From positions 14,042-78,041 of the forward strand of contig CALXMU010000004.1 of the NCBI GenBank assembly GCA_944389555.1: 64,000 nucleotides of DNA, in the 5' to 3' direction. The notes beneath the pieces were generated by a model. The model was not told the origin of the DNA and did not search any database. It saw only the letters and a program-made list of their open reading frames with translations. The translations under genes and the position numbers were made by a program. Source of the stretch: an uncultured Alphaproteobacteria bacterium (GTDB taxonomy: Bacteria; Pseudomonadota; Alphaproteobacteria; Rs-D84). Shown piece by piece: positions 37,613 to 48,268 of this stretch (its first letter is position 1; each line of letters starts with the position of its first letter).

Positions 37613-39190
37613 ATGGCAAAATATATTTTCATTACCGGTGGTGTTGTATCCAGTTTAGGCAAGGGCGTCGCGGCGGCAAGTTGTGGCGCCCTTCTTCAAT
37701 CGCGTGGTTATACAGTTCATGCGCGAAAGTTTGACCCGTATCTAAACATAGACCCAGGTACCATGTCGCCGTTTCAACATGGTGAAGTTTATGTTACTAA
37801 CGATGGTTTTGAAACTGACTTAGATTTGGGTTATTACGAAAGGTTCTTAGGAATAAAACTTACGCGGAACGATTCTGTATCCGGAGGGCGGATTTATTGG
37901 GACGTTTTGAATGCTGAGCGGCACGGCGATTATCTTGGTGCAACGGTTCAGATGATTCCGCATGTCAGCAACAAAATAAAAGAATATATTTCTGCACCGA
38001 CGGACACAGAATTCGTCGTGTGCGAGATAGGGGGGACTGTCGGTGACATAGAAGGAAAAATATTTCTTGAATCTATCAGGCAGTTTGCGAACGACGTTGG
38101 GCGTAAAAACGTTATGTTTGTGCATTTAACGCTGGCACCATATTTAGAAAAAAGTGGTGAATTAAAAACGAAACCTACTCAAATGTCTGTACGAGAGTTA
38201 TTAGAAAACGGTATTCAGGCAGATATGTTGATAGTAAGAGCGCCCCGTATGTTGACGTCGGACGAGCGCGCAAAGATAGGAATGTTTTGTAACCTGCCGG
38301 CAAAGAACGTAATTAGCGGCATAGATTTGGATAATATATATAAGATTCCGTTGGCATATGATGCGCAGCACGTTTTTGATATAATTGCAGAGCATTTTGA
38401 TTTACCTAATGCCGCGGGCAATATGGATAAGTTTCAGAAGATAGACCATTATTTAGATGCGGATTTGCCACATGTTAAAATAGGCGTTGTAGGTAAGTAT
38501 TTTGATGTTCCGGATGCGTATAAGTCTTTAAATGAGGCTTTATTTCATGCCGGAATTCAGAACAATGTTCACGTTGATATAAAAAAGATAAACGCTGAAC
38601 ATTTCAATTCGGATGATGCGTCAGATTTAGATGGTATATTAGTCCCGGGCGGTTTCGGTAATCGTGGCGTTGAAGGTAAAATTGCCGCTGCTGGTTATGC
38701 GCGTGAGAATCGTGTTCCGTATATGGGAATATGCTTAGGCATGCAGGTGGCTGTAATAGAGTTTGCACGTAACGTACTTGGTGTGTCTGATGCAGACTCT
38801 ACAGAGTTTGCAAAGAATTGTACTCCTATAATAAATATTATGCCTGACCATAATTCTGGTGATATGGGTGGGACGCTTCGGTTGGGTGCATATCCTTGCG
38901 AAATAACTTCTGGTTCATTGGCTTATAAAATATACGGAGAAAATCGTATATCGGAGCGCCATCGTCATAGATATGAAATGGATATTTCTTGGGAGCAAAA
39001 ATTTGCCGACGCTGGTATGATTATATCTGGGCGAAGTCCTGATGGACGGTTACCGGAAATTGTTGAGTTGAAAGATCATCCTTTCTTTATTGCTGGGCAG
39101 TTTCATCCGGAATTTCAATCCAGCCCTTATAAAGGTCACCCAATGTTTAACGCGTTTATATCGGCTGCGGCAAAGCATATAAAGAAGTAG
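37613..39190 (+). CDS. pyrG: CTP synthase
   Basis: Starts at MAKYIFITGGVVSSLGKG after the RBS aaggagg. GATase motif GICLGMQ. The ORF in the track begins upstream at 37559. Confidence 0.95.
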   Translation: MAKYIFITGGVVSSLGKGVAAASCGALLQSRGYTVHARKFDPYLNIDPGTMSPFQHGEVYVTNDGFETDLDLGYYERFLGIKLTRNDSVSGGRIYWDVLNAERHGDYLGATVQMIPHVSNKIKEYISAPTDTEFVVCEIGGTVGDIEGKIFLESIRQFANDVGRKNVMFVHLTLAPYLEKSGELKTKPTQMSVRELLENGIQADMLIVRAPRMLTSDERAKIGMFCNLPAKNVISGIDLDNIYKIPLAYDAQHVFDIIAEHFDLPNAAGNMDKFQKIDHYLDADLPHVKIGVVGKYFDVPDAYKSLNEALFHAGIQNNVHVDIKKINAEHFNSDDASDLDGILVPGGFGNRGVEGKIAAAGYARENRVPYMGICLGMQVAVIEFARNVLGVSDADSTEFAKNCTPIINIMPDHNSGDMGGTLRLGAYPCEITSGSLAYKIYGENRISERHRHRYEMDISWEQKFADAGMIISGRSPDGRLPEIVELKDHPFFIAGQFHPEFQSSPYKGHPMFNAFISAAAKHIKK

Positions 39191-39196
39191 TAAAAA

Positions 39197-39220
39197 TAAA
39201 ACCCCGTCTTTCGGGGTTTT
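39197..39220. terminator. bidirectional hairpin terminator
   Basis: aaaaccccgtctttcggggtttt. Confidence 0.6.
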
Positions 39221-39533
39221 ATTTTCCAAATATGAAAGAATTATCAACGGACAAAGATATTATTGTTTCCATATCATCGTTATCCGCAGTGTGTTGGCGT
39301 ATAGTTTTACCGCATTTTTCGCATTTATGAGTGATAATAAATTTATCTCCAGATTTTTCTATACTTATCGGTTTCATCATTCCACCGCATTCAGCGGCAC
39401 GGTCACCTGGGTTATTATCTACGTGACGAGACCATAAACATTTTGGGCAATGGTTTGTGTACCCGTTACCTTGAACAACTGCGCCGCAATGGGCGCAGTT
39501 AAAATCTTCAATGTTTTTTGTAAATTTCTTCAT
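39219..39533 (-). CDS. RNHCP-domain zinc-ribbon protein
   Basis: CAHCG ... TNHCPKC ... CEKCG pattern diagnostic of the RNHCP family. Confidence 0.55.
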   Translation of the reverse strand: MKKFTKNIEDFNCAHCGAVVQGNGYTNHCPKCLWSRHVDNNPGDRAAECGGMMKPISIEKSGDKFIITHKCEKCGKTIRQHTADNDDMETIISLSVDNSFIFGK

Positions 39534-39781
39534 TACAGACCTAATGCATTACGGTACATTTGCGTCAGTTCATCTGCCTCGTCTAATTCGTCTGGATCCA
39601 TTTTACGAAGACGTATCATTTGACGGATATATTTCGGGTCAAAACCCGCAGATTTTGCTTCACTATATACTTCCTTTATATCAGCCGCAATGGCAGCAGT
39701 TTCTTCGTTTAATTTTTCAATGCGTTCAATGATGCTTATCAATTGCTGATTGTCAATTGCACCGTGATTTGCGTTCTTCAT
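39533..39781 (-). CDS. gapR: GapR-like nucleoid-associated protein (DUF2312)
   Basis: QLISIIERIEKLNEETAAIAADIKEVYSEAKSAGFDPKYIRQMIRLRKMD aligns closely with Caulobacter GapR. The start is taken at MKNANHG rather than the longer ORF start. Confidence 0.7.
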   Translation of the reverse strand: MKNANHGAIDNQQLISIIERIEKLNEETAAIAADIKEVYSEAKSAGFDPKYIRQMIRLRKMDPDELDEADELTQMYRNALGL

Positions 39782-39873
39782 TGCAGTTTTCCCCTTGTTT
39801 TTTAATGAACTATATGATATATCATAAATCGAAAAAATCAAGAAAAACAAAGTATGAAAGAAGTAGGTTTATT

Positions 39874-41244
39874 ATGAATAGATTTACAAAAATTACGGCT
39901 TCAATTGGGCCGAAATGTGAAGATAAAAAAACTTTAACCAAAATGATTCAGGCCGGTGTAAACGTATGTCGTTTGAATTTTAGTCATGATACTGGTGATG
40001 TCCAAGGTAAGAAAATTGACGTAATACGTGAAATTTCTGAAAAGTTAAATATGCCGGTGGCGATAATGATTGATTTGCAGGGACCAAAGCATCGTATCGG
40101 TAACTTTGAGACGGAGGATAAATATCCATTAAAGCCTGGACAGAAATTTATATTTGATAATGATCCGACCCCTGGTGACGCTAAGCGCGTTCAACTGCCA
40201 GATGCGGATGTAATGAAGTCGCTAAATGTTGGTGATAGGATTTTATTAAATGACGGTAAAATAGAAATGACGGTTGATTCGGTAGAACCTAATAAGGTTA
40301 TTGCAACGGTCGTTCGTGGAAATGAAATTTGGTCGCGCCGTGGTTTTAATTTGCCGGATACGGAAATTGCTACTTCTGTTTTAACAGAAAAGGATAGGGT
40401 GGATTTAGAATATGCGCTGACGAAAAATCCTGATTGGGTGGCAATTTCTTTTGTACAGCGACCAGAAGATGTCGCAGAAGTTCGTGATTTTATCGTTGCT
40501 CGCACTTCTCATCCTGTAAAGATAATTGCAAAGATAGAGCGTCCGAACGCGGTAGAAAGAATAACAGAAATTGCTTCTGTTGCGGACGGTATAATGATTG
40601 CCCGCGGAGATTTGGCGGTAGAAGTACCGTTTGAAAAATTACCAGCAATTTCACGTCACATAATTCGTGAATGTCGAAAAATGAATAAGCCAGTTATTAT
40701 GGCAACGCAAATGTTGGGAACAATGGTAAATAGTGAATTTCCAACGCGCGCGGAAATTACAGACGTTGCTAATACCGCATATCTTCGGGCTGATTCAACT
40801 ATGACATCAGAAGAAACAACGATAGGTATAAATCCGGTAAATGTTATAGAAACGATGAATAAAATTTTATCGTATGCTGATAGTGACGCAATTGCAAATC
40901 CGTATGATTGGTCGCGTGTAGAGAACTTACCGGAAAACGATTGGTCAAGAAGTGTTGCGTCAATGGCGTATTTGAATAAAGCGTCGGCGATAGTGGTTTT
41001 TGCAAGAGATGCAGTTACAGCCACTGAAATTTCTTGCCGTAAACCAGATATACCAATCGTCGCGGTGTGTCGCGAAAGCCTTATTGCAAACCAATTATGC
41101 TTAGCGCGCGGCGTTTTCCCTATATTTGATGAAGACTTATTTGCAAAACGTGACGCGTTTAACGCGGCGCGTAAGTTCGGTGTAAATGAAGGTAAGTTGG
41201 TAATCGTTGATGAAGATAAAATTAGTTTACGTACGTTGGACTAA
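39874..41244 (+). CDS. pyk: pyruvate kinase
   Basis: Starts at MNRFTKITASIGPKCED (K+/substrate-site motifs), with the MIARGDLAVEVP motif. The ORF track start at 39757 is a 5' over-extension. Confidence 0.9.
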   Translation: MNRFTKITASIGPKCEDKKTLTKMIQAGVNVCRLNFSHDTGDVQGKKIDVIREISEKLNMPVAIMIDLQGPKHRIGNFETEDKYPLKPGQKFIFDNDPTPGDAKRVQLPDADVMKSLNVGDRILLNDGKIEMTVDSVEPNKVIATVVRGNEIWSRRGFNLPDTEIATSVLTEKDRVDLEYALTKNPDWVAISFVQRPEDVAEVRDFIVARTSHPVKIIAKIERPNAVERITEIASVADGIMIARGDLAVEVPFEKLPAISRHIIRECRKMNKPVIMATQMLGTMVNSEFPTRAEITDVANTAYLRADSTMTSEETTIGINPVNVIETMNKILSYADSDAIANPYDWSRVENLPENDWSRSVASMAYLNKASAIVVFARDAVTATEISCRKPDIPIVAVCRESLIANQLCLARGVFPIFDEDLFAKRDAFNAARKFGVNEGKLVIVDEDKISLRTLD

Positions 41245-41322
41245 ATTTTATAAAAAGTTGTTTAGGGTGGCGGGATTTTGTATTGACCGCCACCTTATTT
41301 TTTTACTAACATTAAAGTTGAA

Positions 41323-42492
41323 ATGAAAGGATTTTTAGGAGTCTTTTTTGCGTGTGTCGCATTGCTTACACCTGCGTTCGGGGCGCAGTATAAGGCTGCG
41401 TTGGTTGCAGATATGGATAGCGGTAAGGTGCTTTATCAAGAAAATGCAACTGTACAAAATTACCCGGCCAGTTTAACGAAAATTATGACGCTGTATTTGA
41501 CGTTTGATGCGCTGGAGCATGGGCGTTTACATCTGGATGATTATTTGATAGTTTCTCAATCCGCCGCGTCTGCGTCACCGGTAAAATTAGGTTTGAAGGC
41601 TGGCAGTAAAATAAAAGTAGAAGATGCGATTAAGGCTTTGACTGTTTTAAGCGCAAACGATGTGGCGCGCGTTTTAGCGGAGAATTTGAAGGGTGGAATG
41701 GAAGGTAATTTTGCCGGTCTTATGACGCGCGTGGCAAGTGAAATCGGATTGACGGGAACTAATTTTGAGAATTCGTCTGGATTACCAGATGATGACCATA
41801 TGTCTACGGCGCGTGATATTGCTTTGCTGTCGATGGCTGTTTATAAGCATTTCCCTCAATATTGGAAATACTTTGGAATAAAGACTTGGACTTATAACGG
41901 GAAAACTTATACTAACGGAAATCGGTTGTTGGGTTCGTATCCTGGCTGTGACGGAATGAAAACGGGATATACAAATAAGTCTCGTTATTCGTTGGTTGCA
42001 ACGGCTAAACGTGATAATCATCATTTGATAGCTGTGGTTTTAGGTGCAGAAAATAAAGACGTGCGTGCAAGCGTTGCGACGAATATGCTAAATCGGGGAT
42101 TTGAAGCTGTGGGAAGCGGTGCTCCGACAACTACTGTGCAAACGTATTCGGCACCGGTTTCTTATAATGCGCCTGCAAGTCAAAATTCTTATTCGTCGGC
42201 ACCTACTTTTAAGGCAGCCTATAACGCGGCAACTGCTCAAAGCGCACCGTCTGGTAGTTATTCTGGTAATAAGTCTGGTAACGCCGGTGTGCAATTTGGC
42301 GCGTTTTCGTCCAAATCTTCGGCACAGACGCAGGTTGAAAATGTCAGAAATAAACTTGGCGTTACAGCGGTTGTAGAAACAGCACCTAATGGTATGTTCC
42401 GTGTTCGTGCGAATAATTTGTCGGAATCTGCCGCGCAGGATATTCGGGCTCGTGCTCAGAATAACGGCATTGATTGTTACGTGTTTCATTAA
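41323..42492 (+). CDS. dacA: D-alanyl-D-alanine carboxypeptidase (PBP5/6, peptidase S11) with a C-terminal SPOR domain
   Basis: Signal peptide. SxxK (ASLTK), SxN (SAND) and KTG (KTGYT) motifs. C-terminal AGVQFGAFSSKSSAQ ... FRVRANNL ... is SPOR-like. Confidence 0.8.
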   Translation: MKGFLGVFFACVALLTPAFGAQYKAALVADMDSGKVLYQENATVQNYPASLTKIMTLYLTFDALEHGRLHLDDYLIVSQSAASASPVKLGLKAGSKIKVEDAIKALTVLSANDVARVLAENLKGGMEGNFAGLMTRVASEIGLTGTNFENSSGLPDDDHMSTARDIALLSMAVYKHFPQYWKYFGIKTWTYNGKTYTNGNRLLGSYPGCDGMKTGYTNKSRYSLVATAKRDNHHLIAVVLGAENKDVRASVATNMLNRGFEAVGSGAPTTTVQTYSAPVSYNAPASQNSYSSAPTFKAAYNAATAQSAPSGSYSGNKSGNAGVQFGAFSSKSSAQTQVENVRNKLGVTAVVETAPNGMFRVRANNLSESAAQDIRARAQNNGIDCYVFH

Positions 42493-42502
42493 ATGGTATT
42501 GA

Positions 42503-43108
42503 TTGCTTATGAATTCAAAAATAGAAAAATTGATTAAACAGTTTGCGAAACTTCCAAGGTTAGGTTCTCGAGCGGCACAACGTATAGTGTTGGCTTTGTT
42601 GCAGGATAATACTGGGCGCGCAGAAAAATTAGCGAACGCGTTATTAGATGCGGCCGCTACAATTAGACCTTGCCCCGTTTGCGGTGTGCTGACAGACAGC
42701 GATAGGACCTCTTGCGAATTTTGCCAAGACGCATCGCGGGCTAATGGGCAATTATGCATCGTGCGGGATTTGTCGGATGTTTGGACGCTTGAAAAATCTG
42801 CGGTATTTTTTGGGCGGTATCATATATTGGGTGGTTTGCTGTCAGGGGTTGCAGGTACCACACCAGAAGATTTGAATATATCAAATTTACCAGAACGCAT
42901 ATGTAACGAAAACATAAAGGAAATCATTTTTGCTTTGCCTAATACGGTTGAAGGTAAGACGACTCAGCATTATGTGATATCTGTTATAGGTTCTGATTGT
43001 GCTGTAAAGTTTTCTGAGCTGGCGTCAGGTGTACCTTTGGGCGGTGATTTAGATTATTTAGATGACGGGACATTATCGTTGGCTTTTGGGGGGCGTAAAG
43101 AAATATGA
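42503..43108 (+). CDS. recR: recombination protein RecR
   Basis: C4 zinc finger CPVCGVLTDSDRTSCEFC and a Toprim domain. Confidence 0.9.
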   Translation: MLMNSKIEKLIKQFAKLPRLGSRAAQRIVLALLQDNTGRAEKLANALLDAAATIRPCPVCGVLTDSDRTSCEFCQDASRANGQLCIVRDLSDVWTLEKSAVFFGRYHILGGLLSGVAGTTPEDLNISNLPERICNENIKEIIFALPNTVEGKTTQHYVISVIGSDCAVKFSELASGVPLGGDLDYLDDGTLSLAFGGRKEI

Positions 43109-43932
43109 CGAACGATAAAGTAAAATCTTTACCGCCTATTTCTGAAATGATGCGTGAGGTCGGTTTAGAACCTAAAAAGCAATTCGGTCAGAACTTTTTA
43201 TTCGATTTAAATTTAACGGGGCGTATAGCACGAAACGTTCCTAATATAGAAAGTATACCTGTCGTAGAAATTGGACCGGGGCCAGGTGGGTTAACTCGAG
43301 CACTGTTGCTGGCTGGGGCGCCGCGGGTTATAGCCATAGAAAAAGATAAAACAACCAAACCTATATTAGATGAAATAGTTTCTGCATCTGATGGCAGGTT
43401 ATCGGTTATATATGAAGATGCGTTGAATGTTGACTTTGGTGCTTTGGGCGTAAAAGAATATGCAATATGTTCAAATTTACCTTATAACGTAGGAACGGAG
43501 TTATTTACTCAATGGTTGGTGCGGGTGGCAAAAGGGGCGCCCATAAAATCAATGACATTGATGTTTCAAAAAGAGGTTGCACAGCGCATAGTTGCAAAGT
43601 GCGGTGACGCGCAATATGGTCGTCTTGCTGTATTGTCGTCATTGATTGCGGACTCTAAGATTTTATTTGATGTACCGAATACCGCGTTTGTTCCCAGACC
43701 TAAAGTCCAAAGTGCTGTTGTGTCTATAGTACCTAGCCAAGATAAGATTAGTAAACTAGTTGATGTAAATAAGATAGAGAAGATAACTGCAAAACTTTTT
43801 GGACAGCGGCGTAAAATGGTACGTGGTATAATATCAAATATTGATTGGGGAAAATACGGTTTAACAGGAACTGAGAGAGCAGAAGAATTAAAACCAGAAA
43901 TATTTGCGCGCTTAGCGCAAGATTTGGTATAA
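43105..43932 (+). CDS. rsmA: 16S rRNA (adenine1518/1519-N6)-dimethyltransferase
   Basis: SAM motif VEIGPGPGGLT and catalytic NLPYN. Confidence 0.9.
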   Translation: MTNDKVKSLPPISEMMREVGLEPKKQFGQNFLFDLNLTGRIARNVPNIESIPVVEIGPGPGGLTRALLLAGAPRVIAIEKDKTTKPILDEIVSASDGRLSVIYEDALNVDFGALGVKEYAICSNLPYNVGTELFTQWLVRVAKGAPIKSMTLMFQKEVAQRIVAKCGDAQYGRLAVLSSLIADSKILFDVPNTAFVPRPKVQSAVVSIVPSQDKISKLVDVNKIEKITAKLFGQRRKMVRGIISNIDWGKYGLTGTERAEELKPEIFARLAQDLV

Positions 43933-43956
43933 TACAATCATATTGGGAGAGAGTAG

Positions 43957-45663
43957 ATGACGTTGCCAATTTTAATATTTTTTGGAATACTATTTGTACT
44001 GGTATGCATTTTACGCGTCGCACGAATAGGTGCTTTAGTAGCGTTTTTATTTGCCGGTATTATTTCAGGGCCGTTCGTATTAAATCTATTTCAATTGTCA
44101 GAAACGTGGACTTTCCTTGGGGATTTGGGAATATTATTTTTATGGTTTAATTTAGGTTTGGGTATAAATATGCACCGTTTGTGGGAGATGCGTCATACGA
44201 TATTCGGTTTCGGCGCAAGCGAGGTGTTGATGGTTGCTGTCATGATGTTCCCGATATTAGCAGGTATAACACCTTGGTCTATATTGGGCTGCATAATGGT
44301 GTCTTTGTTGTTGGCTATGTCTAGTACATCTGCTGATATACAGTTATTGACAGATAAAAATCAATTGAATACTAATATGGGGCGTCAAACATTTTCTATA
44401 TTATTATTCCAAGATTTATTGTCTATTCCGCTGCTGGCAATGTTGCCGGTATTTGCTGGGAAAACTTTCAATTTAGGTGCAACGGCAATAGATATTTTAG
44501 TTTTATCTGTTGCGCTGATTTTAGGTGTTGTAGTTGTAGGGCGTTTTATATTGAACCCTCTTATGAAAGCTGTTGCAAAATTAAAGTCGAGAGAAGCGTT
44601 TTTATTGGCGATAATGTTGATGATTATACTTGGAGCGGTTGGTATGGATTTAATGGGGTTACCAACTGGGTTGGGGGCTTTCTTGGCCGGTATGTTATTG
44701 TCTGAAACCATATACCGTCATCAGGTTAGCGCGGAAATATCTCCGTATTCAATGTTGTTCCTAGCGTTTTTCTTTGTAGCGCTTGGAATGGGCTTGAATT
44801 TACCGTTATTAGAACAAAATTGGTATATAATTTTAGCCGGCGTTATAGGTTTAATCGTTGTTAAATTCTGTGCAATTTTCATCGTTGCTCGCGTTCGCAA
44901 CGTTTCTGTACCAGATGCGGCGATGATTGCTTTGATATTGGCGCAAGGTGGTGAGTTCGGTTTGTTGATGCTGCAGACGATGAAAGTTTCTGGTATCGAC
45001 GCTTTACCTCAAACGCACCAAGAAATTCTAACTGCCATCATAATCGTATCAATAATGTTGACGCCTATATTAGTTGCTATATTTGATTTATTACGTAAAC
45101 GTGGTTGGGTTTTATCGGGGTACCCTTTGGTTTCTGTTGAAGACCGTGAGAAAAGTGTTAAACCTGTCGTTATGATTTGCGGTTTCGGGCGTGTCGGGCA
45201 AATTATTGCAGAAATGTTAACGGCAGAAAATATACCTTATGTTGCGATGGATTTGGATGTGAACGCAGTTATGATGGGACGTGAACGTGGTTTTAATGTC
45301 GTGTATGGTAATACCAGCAGTGATGCCGTATTGCGGGATTTCGGTCTGATGCCGCGTCGCACGAAAGCAGTTGTTGTTGCATTAGATAATGTTTCTACGG
45401 CACGTGATACGATATTAACAGTAAGAAATATTGCACCGAAAGTAAAAATATTTGCTCGGGCACGTAATTTAGCAGACGCAAAAGAATTGCAGAAAGAGGG
45501 GGTTACAGAAGTATTGCCAGAAACGATAGAATCTTCGTTTATGTTAGGTGCCGGCGTTCTGCAACATTTAGGTGTATCAGATAGAAATATAGATAATTTA
45601 TTAAACGAGTTTCGTGCAGATAATTATGCCGGTGTCGGTAAAACGATAGCAGATAGCAATTGA
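43957..45663 (+). CDS. CPA2-family K+/H+ antiporter with a C-terminal KTN/TrkA-N domain (KefB/KefC-like)
   Basis: 12-13 TM region followed by a Rossmann motif MICGFGRVGQ. Confidence 0.8.
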   Translation: MTLPILIFFGILFVLVCILRVARIGALVAFLFAGIISGPFVLNLFQLSETWTFLGDLGILFLWFNLGLGINMHRLWEMRHTIFGFGASEVLMVAVMMFPILAGITPWSILGCIMVSLLLAMSSTSADIQLLTDKNQLNTNMGRQTFSILLFQDLLSIPLLAMLPVFAGKTFNLGATAIDILVLSVALILGVVVVGRFILNPLMKAVAKLKSREAFLLAIMLMIILGAVGMDLMGLPTGLGAFLAGMLLSETIYRHQVSAEISPYSMLFLAFFFVALGMGLNLPLLEQNWYIILAGVIGLIVVKFCAIFIVARVRNVSVPDAAMIALILAQGGEFGLLMLQTMKVSGIDALPQTHQEILTAIIIVSIMLTPILVAIFDLLRKRGWVLSGYPLVSVEDREKSVKPVVMICGFGRVGQIIAEMLTAENIPYVAMDLDVNAVMMGRERGFNVVYGNTSSDAVLRDFGLMPRRTKAVVVALDNVSTARDTILTVRNIAPKVKIFARARNLADAKELQKEGVTEVLPETIESSFMLGAGVLQHLGVSDRNIDNLLNEFRADNYAGVGKTIADSN

Positions 45664-45763
45664 TTAAAGTGATGTAAACGAATAATAAAAGTCCCTTTCT
45701 TGGGACTTTTATATTTGATTTTATAAGTATGTGTTGTTATATTTCGAGAAATGGGGAAGTGAT

Positions 45764-46312
45764 ATGAAAAATAAAATTTGGAAATACATCGGAATAATAC
45801 TAGCGGCAATATTTGCAGACCAGTTAACCAAAGGAATCCTGCTTTATTTGATAACAGGTAGTGTTCCTTTATTTGGGGCGGCATGGGATGTTGTCGGGGT
45901 ACCGTATTTGATGGCGCATGTATGTAATTTCTTTAACATCGTCTTTACTTGGAATCCTGGCGCGTCTTTTTCTATGCTTCGCGCAATAGGTGAGGCAGCA
46001 CCAATGCTTATAATAATTGGAACCGGTTTTATAATAGGGTTCATCACATACTATTTATTTGCTCGTGCGCCTGACTATGAACGGGCACCGTTGGCTCTGA
46101 TAGTTGGTGGTGCCGTTGGGAATTTAATAGACCGCGTTCGCTTTGGGGCGGTGATAGATTTCTTAGATTTTCATATTGGAGGATGGCATTACCCTGCATT
46201 CAATGTCGCAGATATGTGCATTGTTGTCGGCGTCGCATGGTTGATATTGAATTTTATATTGGCGCGTCGTCGTTGCGTAAATTCCGTTAAATCAAATAAA
46301 AGTGGGAAGTAA
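45764..46312 (+). CDS. lspA: lipoprotein signal peptidase II
   Basis: 4-TM protein with FNVADMCIVVG and the active-site Asp region. The likely start is the internal Met MKNKIW. Confidence 0.8.
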   Translation: MKNKIWKYIGIILAAIFADQLTKGILLYLITGSVPLFGAAWDVVGVPYLMAHVCNFFNIVFTWNPGASFSMLRAIGEAAPMLIIIGTGFIIGFITYYLFARAPDYERAPLALIVGGAVGNLIDRVRFGAVIDFLDFHIGGWHYPAFNVADMCIVVGVAWLILNFILARRRCVNSVKSNKSGK

Positions 46313-46314
46313 TT

Positions 46315-47883
46315 ATGGTTAAATATATGGATAACAATTCTGGTTTTCAGCAGTGGAATGCCGCTCGTGATGCGGCAAAGAAAAAATCTCCATGGATGGG
46401 TATGCTGTGGTGGATAATATTATTTTTAACTGCTTGGTGGGTAATGTCTTGGTTTATGGGACCAAGACCACAGAAAGTCGAAACGGAAACAGTTGATGTA
46501 GAAGTCGTAGATTTATCTTCTGTACCTGTTAGGGAAATTTCTTCGGATAATTTAACTGCTGACGTTCAGGGGTTGCGTATATCAAATGTCGAATTATTAA
46601 AATATGCATCAGATGCGTCAAAAGATGAAAGTGCACCTGTAACTTTATTAGGAACGCAGGGGGCTTTTGCAGAAGTTGGGTTGTTATCAACTGGAACAAC
46701 TGCACCTACGGCAACAACAGTATGGACAGAAAAAGATGGGGTTTCTACTTGGCGTAATGCGGATGGGATAGAGTTTTCTAGAACAATTACAATAGACGGT
46801 TATGTCATATCTGTTGCGGATAAGATAAAAAATTCATCTGGTAAAGAAATCTCAATTGCCCCATACGCTAGAATTGTTAGAGCAAATGATATGCAATCTT
46901 CGGCAGGGGTTTATACAGGTTCTGTTGCTTTTGTGAATTCTGATATAGAGCATGAAGATTGGCACCGTATAGAAGATAAATCTTTTGCGTATTCAACGAC
47001 AAACGGTTTTATCGGGTTCGTAGATCAGTATTGGGAAACGGTATTATCTATCATAAGTCCTGATCAAACTATGCGTGTAAAAACTTTAGGTAATATGTAT
47101 CAAGCGGATGCAGCGGCCAATGCTGTTTCTGTATCTGCTGGGGCAGAAAAAACAATAACAACTAATTTATATATGGGGCCAAGAGACCGTCGGGTATTGG
47201 TAGATGCGGGCAGTATGATTGCTGGTATTGATCAGACAGTTGATTATGGTTGGTTCTGGTTCTTTGTACAGCCGATTTTATGGTTGTTAAATTGGTTGAA
47301 CTCTTTTGTAATGAATTATGGGGTTGCGATAATAATAATGACGTTGATTTTACGTCTGGCAATGTGGCCGTTGACTCGTAAGTCATACGTATCAATGATG
47401 GTGATGCAAAGAATGCAGCCAGAAATGGCAAGAATTCAAAAATTATATGCTAATGATAAAGCACGTATGCAAATAGAAATGATGAAATTGTATCAAACGC
47501 ACAAGACATCACCTATGTCAGGTTGCTTACCAATGTTGATTCAGATACCTATATTCTTTGCGTTGTATAAAGCGTTATTGATATCCGTTCAGATGCGAAG
47601 TGCACATTTTTTGTGGATATCTGATTTGGCTGCGATGGATCCTTACTTTATATTGCCGATATTGATGGGGTTGACGATGTGGTTACAACAGAAATTGCAG
47701 ACGCCAAGTGTATCAGGGCAGGCGAATGACGCTGTTGCGCAGACCCAGAAAGCGATGAAATGGATGCCAATTTTATTTACTGTTTTATTTGCGTGGATGC
47801 CTGCTGGTTTAGTGCTTTATTGGACTGTATCTAATATATTTGGTATAGGTCAGATGTATTATATAAAGCGGTTAAAGAAATAA
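46315..47883 (+). CDS. yidC: membrane protein insertase YidC
   Basis: N-terminal TM, a large periplasmic domain and a C-terminal 5-TM core with conserved ...PMLIQIPIFFALY... and a KK-rich end. Confidence 0.85.
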   Translation: MVKYMDNNSGFQQWNAARDAAKKKSPWMGMLWWIILFLTAWWVMSWFMGPRPQKVETETVDVEVVDLSSVPVREISSDNLTADVQGLRISNVELLKYASDASKDESAPVTLLGTQGAFAEVGLLSTGTTAPTATTVWTEKDGVSTWRNADGIEFSRTITIDGYVISVADKIKNSSGKEISIAPYARIVRANDMQSSAGVYTGSVAFVNSDIEHEDWHRIEDKSFAYSTTNGFIGFVDQYWETVLSIISPDQTMRVKTLGNMYQADAAANAVSVSAGAEKTITTNLYMGPRDRRVLVDAGSMIAGIDQTVDYGWFWFFVQPILWLLNWLNSFVMNYGVAIIIMTLILRLAMWPLTRKSYVSMMVMQRMQPEMARIQKLYANDKARMQIEMMKLYQTHKTSPMSGCLPMLIQIPIFFALYKALLISVQMRSAHFLWISDLAAMDPYFILPILMGLTMWLQQKLQTPSVSGQANDAVAQTQKAMKWMPILFTVLFAWMPAGLVLYWTVSNIFGIGQMYYIKRLKK

Positions 47884-47888
47884 TTGGA

Positions 47889-47918
47889 TTAAAGCGCCAT
47901 TTGGCGCTTTAATTTTTT
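47889..47918. terminator. rho-independent terminator after yidC
   Basis: ttaaagcgccatttggcgctttaatttttt. Confidence 0.6.
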
Positions 47919-48268
47919 ATATAATGCACGCGGTGTTTGAATTAACGGTGCATACATATTTAGCGAAAGTTTACACAGTTTAACGCAAGAAAAAACATTT
48001 CTAGCGCGCTTCATTAAGTCTTTCGGTGGGCAGGAACATACTTTTATAAAAAGCCACCCATAAGAATGTAATAATTTAATTGCGCGCCAAGTTAAATATA
48101 TTTGAGCAATATGACCGCGTCGGATAAATTGCAGCATTATATACCTGTTTTTTGCAATGCGGATTATAGGTGCGCAGTGATGCGGGACTTTACAAAACAT
48201 ACGCGGTAATATTTTGGAAGTTTTCGGTGCAAAGGCGATTATAATCATAACTGACCTCTTAGAAAAAG

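Noticed and set aside
42088-42759. 223-aa Arg/Cys-rich minus-strand ORF
   Set aside because: It is antisense to the dacA 3' end and the recR 5' end. The low-complexity translation is typical of antisense reading in a GC-richer segment.
47889-48248. 119-aa minus-strand ORF, very basic (K/R/I/C-rich)
   Set aside because: It lies in an AT-rich spacer beginning inside the yidC terminator. The composition-driven low-complexity translation has no RBS. The region may instead hold an sRNA or promoter.
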